A stretch of 38,827 nucleotides of DNA from a virus (taxonomy: Duplodnaviria; Caudoviricetes), in the IMG/VR virus record IMGVR_UViG_3300021438_000035, positions 1 through 38,827 of that record, one strand, 5' to 3'. Of the stretch, positions 7,595 to 17,500 are shown piece by piece. The notes below the pieces were generated by a model. It had not been told where the DNA came from and made no database searches. It worked only from the letters and a program-made list of their open reading frames with translations. The position numbers were made by a program, and so were the translations under genes. Numbering within the stretch: the stretch's first letter is position 1; the number at the start of each line of letters is the position of its first letter.

Positions 7595-7813
7595 GTCTGG
7601 GCACAGGGCCATAGTGCCCGAGGCAAAGCGCAAGGCGTCGCTGGCCAAGCGCTGGTCGGCGTACGCCTGCGTCCACTCGTGGCCCGGGAAGACGTCAGGG
7701 CCGGTGCTCCCCCACCCGCAGGTCCAGACCCCTGCCGGGCAGAGATAAGGCACCAGCTTGCACCCCTCAAAGCGCTTGATGAGCGCGTAGAGGAGTGTCA
7801 GGTCATTTGCCAC
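7391..7813 (-). CDS. Endolysin, GH24 (T4-like) lysozyme
   Basis: IKRFEGCKLVPYLCPAGVWTCGWGST, FSYNLG, WVNGGGRVLPGLVTRRAAE; GTG start inferred. Confidence 0.93.
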   Translation of the reverse strand: MANDLTLLYALIKRFEGCKLVPYLCPAGVWTCGWGSTGPDVFPGHEWTQAYADQRLASDALRFASGTMALCPDLRGARLCAITDFSYNLGLTRLEHSTLRRKLNAGDWGGATRELAKWVNGGGRVLPGLVTRRAAEGALL

Positions 7814-8270
7814 GGCGGCCCAGCGAGCGGTCAGCGATGAAGAAGCCGAGCACCGCACCGACCATGTCGCGGTCGTAGTCGTCCATCACGAAGCCCTGCC
7901 CCACTACCTTGGCCAACCACAGCAAGAGCGCAATCTGCGCAAACTGCGGGCGAATCACGCCGTTCCACAGGTCCACCCAGTAGACGCCGGTGGGCTTGAA
8001 GGCGTCGCGCATGGCTGACGTGAAGGCGTCGGCATCGGACTGCATCAAGGCAGCGTCGCGCTGCACTTCGATTTGCTTAACCCCCAGCTCGGCCTGCAAG
8101 CGGATGGTGTCCTGACTGCGCGCGTGGGCCTTGTCGTCAAGCTCCCCCTGCAAGCGCATGCGCTCAATCTCTTGGGCGTGGTCCTGCCGTTTGCTGACAA
8201 AGGCCGAGACCTCTCCCCAGACCATGCGGAAGACCGAGCCACCGAGAAACGAGATGAGTGCAGAGAACAT
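7803..8270 (-). CDS. Putative holin (3TM/GTA-holin-like)
   Basis: WNGVIRP followed by hydrophobic segments and VLGFFIADRSLGRR; immediately upstream of the lysozyme. Confidence 0.6.
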   Translation of the reverse strand: MFSALISFLGGSVFRMVWGEVSAFVSKRQDHAQEIERMRLQGELDDKAHARSQDTIRLQAELGVKQIEVQRDAALMQSDADAFTSAMRDAFKPTGVYWVDLWNGVIRPQFAQIALLLWLAKVVGQGFVMDDYDRDMVGAVLGFFIADRSLGRRGK

Positions 8271-8278
8271 AGGGCGCC

Positions 8279-8518
8279 TTATTTGAAGCCGTGGTTTTTA
8301 GCGAAGTCGATGAGGATATAGCCCATACCGCAGATAGCCGCCCACGCCAGACCGGCAAGCGTCTTCTCGATGACGGCATCGCGAAAGCGAATCTTGCGAC
8401 CCTCGGCCTCGATGGCCAGACGCACCCACTGGCGCTCCTCATCGGTGAGCTGAGGCGCGGGGTTTGCAGCTTCGCGCACGGCGCAGATAAATTCTTGACG
8501 TTCTTCGTAGGTCATCAT
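8279..8518 (-). CDS. Small single-TM protein in the lysis cassette (holin/antiholin candidate)
   Basis: 79 aa with a C-terminal hydrophobic helix; gene position. Confidence 0.55.
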   Translation of the reverse strand: MMTYEERQEFICAVREAANPAPQLTDEERQWVRLAIEAEGRKIRFRDAVIEKTLAGLAWAAICGMGYILIDFAKNHGFK

Positions 8519-8537
8519 GGTTATGCGCTCTTTGATT

Positions 8538-8903
8538 CTATTGGTCGCCAGCCCACAGTCCGGCAGTCAGAGGTACCCACGTCATGCGACCCTCATCCCA
8601 CCGGTAGTCTTGGCCATCGTCGGGAATTGCCACCGGCGCTTCCCACTGACAGGTCTCTTCGTTCAATGACCATGAGGCATAGCGCTTCATGGGGATGAAC
8701 GCATCACGCTGCGCGTCGTAGGTAAAACCGATGCCTGCAAAGTTCTTGCGCAGCGGTACGCCACCGGTCAGGTGAACTCCACAGTGCGTGTTGTAGCTCG
8801 TCTGCACCCACGCGGCTTTGTCCTCGAGCGTGGCGATGAACTCAGCCTCCGCAACGATGACGTGCCGGACGATACCGTCGACTACTTGTGCATAGTGCGC
8901 CAT
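8538..8903 (-). CDS. Conserved tail-fibre-associated protein (possible assembly chaperone)
   Basis: MAHYAQ...WVQTSYN...RKNFAGIGFTYD...DAFIP...W pattern, commonly found after glycine-rich fibre genes. Confidence 0.65.
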   Translation of the reverse strand: MAHYAQVVDGIVRHVIVAEAEFIATLEDKAAWVQTSYNTHCGVHLTGGVPLRKNFAGIGFTYDAQRDAFIPMKRYASWSLNEETCQWEAPVAIPDDGQDYRWDEGRMTWVPLTAGLWAGDQ

Positions 8904-8913
8904 TCAAATTTCC

Positions 8914-9882
8914 TTACGACGGGTAGCGAATAATCACGATGCCAGAGCCACCGGCAGCGCCAACGAAACCCGCGTTGTCGTCAGCACCGCGTGCGCCCAT
9001 GCCGGTGTTGGCCGTGCCCGGTGTGCCGTCGGCGCCCGCACCTGAGCTACCGCCTGCGCCGCCTCGGCCCAGCTCGGTGGCTGTGCCGGTGATGGTGCCC
9101 CACGCGGAGTACGCAGTGTTGCCCGCGCCCGCTGCGCCACTTGGTCCTGCGGTACCGTTGTTGGGACCGTTACCACCACCGCCAGAGCCTCCCAAACCAA
9201 CGATGGCGCCGCCCGTACCGCCGGTACCGACACCCGCGCCTGCGTTCGAGCCACCACCACCGCCGCCGCCAACTTGGCCGCCGCCCGCGCCTGAGCCGTT
9301 GGGGGCTTGGCCAACTTGCAACGAAGGGCTGTCCGACCAACCGCCCGCGCCACCACCACCACCGGCAGAGATAGTGTTAAACGAAGAGGTCGCGCCAAAC
9401 GCGCCGTGGCCCGACTGGCCACCGGGTGCCGCGCCACCGGCGCCGACCGTCACAGGGTATGTAGTCGCCGTGACTGAGGGGGTGCCGAAGGTCACTCCAC
9501 CACCACCACCACCGCCGCCGCGCTTGGCCCCACCACCACCACCACCGCCAACAACAACGGTTTCTACCGTAGCGCCCGCAGGTGCGGCCGTCACGACGAA
9601 GTTCGATGAGCTGGTGAATACGTGGTACTTGTAGCCGCCCGAGGTGTAGGTAGTACCGCCGGTGGCAATCACGACGTTTCGCGCACCCTGCATGTTGGAC
9701 ATCGCGATCTGACCGGCGGTTGGGATAGCCACCGCAGCGCCCCCGTTCGGGTAGCCGTTGGTCGCCCCCGGCACGTAACCCGCACCGGCGTAATACTCAG
9801 TGATGGCGATGGGGTTAGCCCCGCCAAATTCAGTTTGAACTTGGCTGAGGTTGATGGAGTTGCCGAAGACAGGTAGCGTCAT
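8914..9882 (-). CDS. Glycine-rich fibre-tip/adhesin-like protein
   Basis: Polyglycine tracts, YKYHVFTSS, C-terminal GGSGIVIIRY; downstream of the tail fibre. Confidence 0.75.
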   Translation of the reverse strand: MTLPVFGNSINLSQVQTEFGGANPIAITEYYAGAGYVPGATNGYPNGGAAVAIPTAGQIAMSNMQGARNVVIATGGTTYTSGGYKYHVFTSSSNFVVTAAPAGATVETVVVGGGGGGGAKRGGGGGGGGVTFGTPSVTATTYPVTVGAGGAAPGGQSGHGAFGATSSFNTISAGGGGGAGGWSDSPSLQVGQAPNGSGAGGGQVGGGGGGGSNAGAGVGTGGTGGAIVGLGGSGGGGNGPNNGTAGPSGAAGAGNTAYSAWGTITGTATELGRGGAGGSSGAGADGTPGTANTGMGARGADDNAGFVGAAGGSGIVIIRYPS

Positions 9883-9885
9883 GTT

Positions 9886-11490
9886 TTACACGGTGCCGTA
9901 TGCGGTGATGTTGGCCGCCGCAACAATGTTGCCGGAGCCGTCGATCTTGGCTTTGTTGACGCCGTTGTACTTGAAGTACAAGACGCCTGCGGTTTCGACG
10001 ATGGTCCAGCCGCTTGCCATGAAGCCGATACCCGCAGTCGCCTGCGGCATCGAGCTAAAAGTTTTGACACCGGCGATGGTCTCGGCGCCAGCGTTACTGA
10101 CAGGCGTGAAACCCAAGTTGCCCAGAGCTGCGCCTGGGGCCATCTTGGCAGCGGTCACCGTGGCATCGCCCGGCACGCCAATGGCCAAGGGTTGCGTCCA
10201 CACCACCTCAATGGAGACACCGTTGGCGGGTGCAGCGCTCAGAGTGATGACACCTGCGCTCAGGGTGTAGCTCGCGTGGTCTTGGTGTACCGTGCCGATG
10301 AAGACGTCGGTGTTGTTCTTGCTGCCGGGGTCGCCCGACAACGTGAGCGTTGTGGCAACACCGTTGCCTGTAAACGGGTCGACAACGACGTTGGCGCCAC
10401 CACCACCGGTACCGGCGGCAAACCATGTGCTGGTCTCCGCGTCGGCTACGAACGTGGCGCTCTTGTACTGCGCATCCAGCACGTAGCTCGACGAGCCATT
10501 GATGAGGTCGCTCGCGGAACGCTGCACGGTTGCTGCGTTGACGTCACCGGTCCACTTGACAATGGCAACCTTGTAGCCATCGGTCACCGTGCTAATCGCA
10601 GGTAACGTGATGGTCGCGGCACCGCCGCTAGTGTTGATACGCAGCAAGTCACCCGCGTCGGCCGCCACTACGGTGTAGTTGCCGGTCTTGTCTTGTACGG
10701 CGCTGTACATACCAGAGGCGATGACCGCAGCCGCAGCCGCAGCGGACGCAGACGCAGAGGCCGCTGACGATGCCGCCGACGTGGCGTTGCCCGATGCGTT
10801 TTGAATTGACACGATGTTGGTCGCGGCCGTGTTGATGTTGGCCGCGTTTGCTGCCACCGCGATCACGTTGGCAATGGAGCCCGCCACGGTGTTGACGCTG
10901 GCGATACTTCCACCGACGTTGGTCACGTTGGTGTTGTTGCCCGCCACCGTGTTAATGTTGGCGGCGTTCGCCACGGCGGCGTTGATGTTGGCCGCATTGG
11001 CCACGATAGCTTGCAGCGCCGCGATGTTGTTGGCCAACAGCAAGATGTCAGCAACCAAGACCGTGGCATCTGCCGTGTTGGTCACCGGCACGAGCGCAGC
11101 GCGACTGACTTTTTCCAGCAACTGCTGGTTCAGAATCGTCAAGCGGTCGAGCGCTGCCTCGACGTTGGCCGCGTTGAACGCGCCACCCGTCGGCAACGAG
11201 GTGCCTTGGTTGTAGGCCAGTGCGCCGATAACGGCGAGCGTGTAGCCCACCGGCAGCGGTGAGCCGCTGATAGGGTACGTGATAGTGCCGCCGGGGCTGG
11301 CTGTCTGGTCCGCGTTGACCGCGACCGAGTAGTCGGAGTCAAGCGTGAGTGTGGTCTCGACGCCATAAGGGTCGGCGCGCACGACTTGCACATCGTTCTT
11401 GGTGAAGACCTTGAACAAAAACGGATAGGACGTGGTGGAGCCGTTACCGCTGAACGGTCCTGCTTTACGAGAGGTGGACGAGACTGTCAT
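9886..11490 (-). CDS. Tail fibre protein
   Basis: T7 gp17-like N-terminal anchor (GNGSTTSYPFLFKVF...EAALDRLT), approximately 10-aa Asn/Ala-rich shaft repeats, C-terminal beta domains. Confidence 0.88.
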   Translation of the reverse strand: MTVSSTSRKAGPFSGNGSTTSYPFLFKVFTKNDVQVVRADPYGVETTLTLDSDYSVAVNADQTASPGGTITYPISGSPLPVGYTLAVIGALAYNQGTSLPTGGAFNAANVEAALDRLTILNQQLLEKVSRAALVPVTNTADATVLVADILLLANNIAALQAIVANAANINAAVANAANINTVAGNNTNVTNVGGSIASVNTVAGSIANVIAVAANAANINTAATNIVSIQNASGNATSAASSAASASASAAAAAAVIASGMYSAVQDKTGNYTVVAADAGDLLRINTSGGAATITLPAISTVTDGYKVAIVKWTGDVNAATVQRSASDLINGSSSYVLDAQYKSATFVADAETSTWFAAGTGGGGANVVVDPFTGNGVATTLTLSGDPGSKNNTDVFIGTVHQDHASYTLSAGVITLSAAPANGVSIEVVWTQPLAIGVPGDATVTAAKMAPGAALGNLGFTPVSNAGAETIAGVKTFSSMPQATAGIGFMASGWTIVETAGVLYFKYNGVNKAKIDGSGNIVAAANITAYGTV

Positions 11491-11513
11491 GTGGGCGGCT
11501 CCAAAGTGCGTGA

Positions 11514-11545
11514 ATTATCGGGGGGTGGCGTGCGGTTATCCGCAC
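11514..11545 (-). promoter_or_regulatory. Putative late promoter GTGCGGATAAC-N15-GATAAT (tail fibre/lysis operon)
   Basis: One of four copies with identical spacing upstream of late genes. Confidence 0.7.
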
Positions 11546-11546
11546 A

Positions 11547-14500
11547 TCACTTGCTGTCAGGGCTTGCCACCCCGGTGATGGCACCGCGCGCTGCATCGGC
11601 CGCGCTGGTGGGTGTGACCTTGCCTTGGTGGACGGCAGCGGCGTAGCCCAAGGGCTTGGCCAAGACGTCAACCGGCAGGCCGGTAGCGAGGGTGATGAGT
11701 GCCGACACGTCGCGCACTGCCTTCTGCTGGTTGCCATCTTCGATGACAGCCTTGTAGACAGATGCAGGTGCGTGGGCAGCGGCCTCAATCTTCGACACGG
11801 CGGCAGCGTTGCCGACGCGGTCGTCGTTGGGGTTCTTGTTGAACGCGTTGAAAGTTGCGTTCACCACCGGGCCGACGGCTGGGACCATCGCGGTGACGTT
11901 GCGCAGCACGCTCCAACCAAACACGGCGGCAATCCAGTCGTCGAGGTACTCGCCGTCTTTGTCTTCGTCGTCAGGACCACCACGGAAGGCTTGCATGACG
12001 GCCTCGCCCACCCACGCTGGAGCCAAGAGGCCGAGCAGCGTGACGTACAGCATCTTGCCTGCGCCCTTCTTCACGCCGATGTCGCGTGCGACGTTGGCGA
12101 ACTCGGTGCCCATCAGGTTGGCCTGCATGTTGAAGTAGCTCGTGAACTGCGTGAACACACGAGACCATGCAGGACCGCCTTCAAAGCGCGAAATGTCTTC
12201 GGGTAGGGTACTGCCTTGGGTCGTGCGAATTACGCTGTCTGCGTGGCGCACAGCGTCCTTCTCGCTCGAGCCTTCGGCGACGGCTTGGTTGAACGCGCCG
12301 GTCCAGATGACTGGGCCCATCGTGTTGTCCACTGCCTGCTGCAAAAAGTAGGCGTGCTTTTGTGACCAGTCCTTGGCCTTGTCGTACGTGGTGGGGTCCA
12401 GCAAGATGTCGCGCAGTGCCGCTTCGGCGTTGGCCACATCGTTCTCCATGCGCTCTTGCATGTAGATGGAGGCGTCGCACACGTTCTTCAGCATCGCCTT
12501 GCGGTCGCTCACCATCGAGGCCGCAGCCTCAATCATGTAGCCGGGCTTCACCTTGATGGCGGCCATGCTGAAACCGGTGATCTGCTGCACCGAGTTGGCG
12601 ATGTTGGCGAACATGGCGCCCATGCCCGCGCGGTTGCGCGCCACACTGAAGAGGCGCGACAGACCTTGGTCACCGGCGGTGGGTGTCTCGACCGACTGGC
12701 GTGCAGCGCGGTTCAACCACGGTGTGACGATGTTGTCGAACGCGACCGGGTCGATGCGGTTCAAGCCGTAGGCAACGCCCTTGGCGGTGAGCACCTTGCG
12801 CACGTCACGCACTGGGGTCTCCAAGTGCGAGAACTTCAACACCTTGTCCATGTGCTGGGTCATCGTGCCGACGTTCAACAGCAGTGGGCGGTTGTATTCG
12901 ACGCGGCCCTTCGTGAAGCCCTTGTTGGTCGTTGGGAAGGCGTAGGCCATCGAATCGTTTTCGGCTTCGGCCAGCGCGCGGGTAGCAGCGTCGGACACGA
13001 TGCGCGAGTCGGCAATCGCGGGGACGTAGCCACCACGGTATGCGCCGAACGGTGTTGTGAACGCGTCGGATGTGACCTCGGCAAAGTAGCGGCCGAACAC
13101 GTCGCGGTGTGTCTTCTGTGCCAAGGGCTTCATGCTCTCGAGCAAGTCCCACACGCCCTGTGCGAAGTCGTAGTGCTGCTTGCCGATGACGCCTTCGTCA
13201 ATCATGCGTTGCACGAACGCATCCCAGCGCGAGGTGTCGAGCGTGCCGTCGGCGTTCTCGGTTGCCCACTCGCGGCCGAGCAAGAGCTTGCGCTTGTTGC
13301 TCTCGTTGCCGGTGTGCAGGATGGCGTGCAGCAGCTCGCTCATGGCAACGCCACCGGTGTCTTCACCGAAGGTGTAGTTGAGTTCTGGCGCAGCGATGGT
13401 GCCGCGCTTGAACTCGATGCCACCCAACAGCGCGCGGAATTTGTTGAGGTACGCGCCCTTGTCTTTGCGGTAGCGGTCGGCTGCTTCTTTCACTGGCTGG
13501 AAAGCAAACTTGGTGAACACTGGCCCCAAGTGCTGGGTCCAGTTTTCCATGCGAGTGGCCAACGCGCGGAAGGCCGAGAGCTTGCGCAGCGCTTGCTCTT
13601 TCGGTGTGATGGCTTTGGTGTCGCCGGGCATCGTGTCGGGGATGCCGATTTCGACCAAGCGCTCTTTGAGTTGCTCTTGCACGTCTTCGCGGTCGAGCAG
13701 GTCACCGTCGACTTCCATCTGGCGTGAGCGACGGGCCAAGTGCCAGAGGCTGGCAATCTCGTCGGTGAGCGCACCCAGCTCGGAGACCGTCAGCTCGGCG
13801 AAAGGCTTGGCGTTGGCCAAGGCTGCCTCGACCGGAGCGCGCACGACACCGTACATGGCGGGGTCGTTCGACTCCAAGGTCTGCAAGTATTCGATGGCCG
13901 ACTTGCCCTTGGTGGGCGCGATGCCATATGCGGACAGGATGGCCCGCGCGGCGTTGGCGATGTCTGGGTCGTAGCCACGGTCGACCAACTTCTCGTCGGT
14001 GCCCTTGGTGACGCGCTTGAATAGCTCCATCGCCTTGCGCACTTGGACCTGCGCGTCAGCCACTGCGCGCACGGCGTAGTTGTTGAGCATCTGGTCTTGC
14101 TTTGCTTGCACTGCCTCTTGCGTGTCGCCCTTTGCCGTGGCTGCTTCCCATGCCTTGCCTGCGCGACGCTCGGCTTGCAGGTGTGACCATGCGGCCTTCT
14201 TCAAGTCGCCGAGCTTGCGCTTGCCGATGACGTTGGAGGCAAAGTTTTTCGCGGCTTCGACGAGCGCGTTCACGGTGATGCGGTTGCCCTTGGCGTTCAC
14301 CTCACCGGTGTCGGCGCGTGGGTTCAGCATGTCGCGCTGCGCTGCGAGTTCGGTGGCCAACGACTTGGCGCGTGCCTCGTTGTGGACCGCGTCGGTCGCT
14401 GCTTGTGCGATGGCTTCGGGTGTCGACAAGTCACCGTAGCGCTCGAGCATGCGTTGGTCGGTCATGCCTTCGATGACAGACTCGATGGGCTCGGCGTCGA

Positions 14501-17500
14501 CGATGGAGCGCACGAGCTGGTCACCCGAGGTGAAGCCCGGCAGTGCGTCGGCCAACTCGTTGGGTGACAGGCCGGTGCTCGCGGTCATGCCCTTCAACTT
14601 GGTCAGGTCGGGGTTGCCCAGCGCGCTGTCGGGGTACATCGCGGCCAGCGCCTCGGTGTTAATTTTGTGGCCCTTGGTGGCTTTGATTTCCTCACCGTCG
14701 ACGACCAGCTCGCCCTTCTTGATGAAGCGAATCGCTTTGTAGACTGGCTGCTCGTTCACCTCAGCGCGCACTTCGTCTTCGACTTCTTTGCGCTTGGCTG
14801 CGGCCTCTTGCTGCAACTTCTTGATGACCTTGTTGCGCGCGTTGACCGCCCACTTCAAGTCGCGCACCGAGCGCGCTGTGAGCTTCTCTTGCGCCTCTGC
14901 GGTGGCATCGAACTCAGGCAGCAAGCCCGCGATTTGCTCGGCCTCTGCAATCTGTGCATCGGTGGCCAGCATGCGGTCCATGACTTGTTTCAAGTCAGGG
15001 TCGAGCGTGATGTTCTTCGATGCAGCGAACTGCGTCATCGAGGTGTACACGCGCTTCAACCACTCGGCGAACGTACGGAAGAGGCTTTGCAGTTCTTGCG
15101 TTGGGGCCTTGCCGCTGAAGAGGTACAGCTCAAAGGTCTCGGCGAAGCGCTCGTGCGCTGCGCGCATGCCGTCAGCAATCTTGCCGGTGGCTTCGTACTC
15201 GGTGTGCCAGTCGTTCCACTGCTGCTCGGTGACGTTCAAACCTTTGAGGGCCTGCGCGTACATCGCGCGCACGCTCTCGGGCGCGTCGGGCTTGGTGGCC
15301 AAGCGACGGATGGCATCGAGGAAGAAGTGGCCAGACTCGTGCAGGAATGTCGACAGGTCGGCGGTACCGTTCAACACGGTCGTCATCGAGCCGATGTCGT
15401 AGTTGCCGCGTGCGGGCTGCTCGAGCGTGTCGCCGGGTGTGGCGATGATGTCGTACTGAGCGCGCTCTTCAGCGCTCAGTGAGCGCACGTCGCGCCCTGC
15501 GAGGTACTTCTCTTGGTACTTGTTGGGGACCGCGCTCTGTGCGAGCGTGCCCGGCCCCTCTGTGTAACCGAGCGCGGTGCGTACCGCGCTGCGGTCTTCG
15601 GTGCTTAGTCCGAGGTTGGTGAGTTCGTTTCGGCTGAGTCCGGCAATGGCTTGGACAGTGCCCCGAGCGCGGGGTGCGATAGGTGCTCCAGCGCCAGCTC
15701 CTTGAGTCCCATCAGCTCGTCCACTGACGGCGGTGGCCCCTGCTCCTGCAACCTCTTGTCGATCAGAAAGCCCAAACTCCGCAACGAAGTCGGCGACATT
15801 TGCTGTAGCTCCTCCTGAGAGCAGACCTTCAAGGCCGCCTCGGAGATAGCGTTCGGTAATTTTTGCTCGTTCATCGTCTGTGCCTTTCCATTGCATCATC
15901 ACCAACGGCGGCATGCCATCAGCTTGAGGGTCGTACCCGGGGGTACTGTCTTTCCAATATTTTACAGCATCTGCTAAAGCCAGTCGTTTCTGGTCTTCAG
16001 GCATGCCTTCTTTGAAATACTGGGCGTCAAAGTCGTAGCTCTCGGTTTGCACGAAACCGAAGGCCGAGTAGAGCGTGGGCAGGAAGCCCTTGGGGTACTT
16101 GGCGTTCTTGGTTGCGTAGCAGTCCAAGTCGGTGGCGCCCTCTTCGATGGCCTTCAACACGACGGCCGGTGCGCCGATACCGCGAGCGCCGCGCTCGTTG
16201 TTGACCACCGAGGCGAGCAGCACCTTGCCATCTTCCTGCGTCTTCAGCATGAAGAAAATCTGCCCATCACCCAACTGGTACAGGCGCATCGTTTTGTCTT
16301 TGATGCCCTGCTTCACCTCGTCCAAGGTGTACGGGGTGAGCGTTTCCTTGGCGTCCGAGTTGGCGATGGCGTCGATGAACTCTTGAGGCGAGATGCCGCC
16401 CTTGTTCACCGGGGTGTCAGAGGTGCGCCAGTTGCCCGCAGCGAAGTCAGCGGCCAAGCGTGCTTGGCGTGCGCCGTCGATGTTAGGCTGCGTGATTTTG
16501 CCGATGCGGTCGGCCAGCTCTTGCGTGACTTGCACGATGGGCTTGGACAACTCGAACGCGCGGCGAGGGCTCGCCTTGTCCGCGTTGGCTGCGAACCAGT
16601 CCTGCCACAGCAGCTCGTGACTGATAGGCGCGTTTAACTTGCCCACGACCTTGCCGCGCACGCCGACGGGGAAGTCAGGGTGAGCGGTGGTGCCTTCGGT
16701 GCCCAACTCGACTTGCGGGTTGGTTTGGTCCACTTCGACCAGCAACACGCCGTCGCCCCAGCGGTGGCCCGCAAGGCTCGGCTCGCGCGTGGCGTCGAGA
16801 ATCTTTTGCATGGGTGGTGCGCCCAGCTCCATCGCCTGCTTGGAGGCCATGATGCCGAGGATGCGCTTGCGTGCGTCGAACGACACGCCATCCATGTAGG
16901 TGTGCATGATGCTCGAGTCATCGAAGCCGGGGAAGTTTTCCACGTAGGTGAAAACCGAAGTGGCTTTGGCCAAGTTGGCGCGCTTCTTTTTAGCTTCGTC
17001 GATGGCCTTCTCGCCCACGGCGGCAGCCAGTGCAGCGTCGGCCGCAACGAGCTTCTGTGCGTTGTCGTAGGCGCCCTTGGCGCCGATCTCGCGCACGAGC
17101 GTGCCGAGGCTGTCGAGCTGGGCTGCGGTGATGCGACCGTCGCGGGTCCACGCCTCGAGGGTACCCATGAACGCAGCAGCCACAGTGCTGTTGGACTGGT
17201 GCATGTTGGCGTCGCCCATGACGACCAACATGTAGTTGGCACCCTCTTTGAGCTTCGCAGCTTTCTGTGCGATAACGCCGTCGCCCCGGTTGGCCCACAC
17301 CACACCGGCTTGCGCGTTCGATTCGCGCAGCGGGAAGAAGGGACCGCCGAGCAATGGGATGGCCACATCCAACTTCGATGAGTCGATGCCGTCGTACACC
17401 GCAGCAGCGGCCGTGCGGTCAGCGATGGTCGGGAAGATGGACTTGCCGACCAAGTCCTGCACCGTGATGGTGGGGATGTCCTTGCTGTCGAGCAACTGGT

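Noticed and set aside
8519-8530. Fifth late-promoter-like box (GAGCGCATAACC on the - strand) before the lysis genes
   Set aside because: It has mismatches in the core, abuts the ATG, and has no -10-like hexamer 15 nt downstream
8939-9634. Proline-rich 231-aa ORF on the + strand
   Set aside because: It is the mirror of the polyglycine codons of the - strand gene
7600-11500. Diversity-generating retroelement, as in BPP-1
   Set aside because: No reverse transcriptase ORF and no TR/VR pair differing at adenines was seen near the fibre genes
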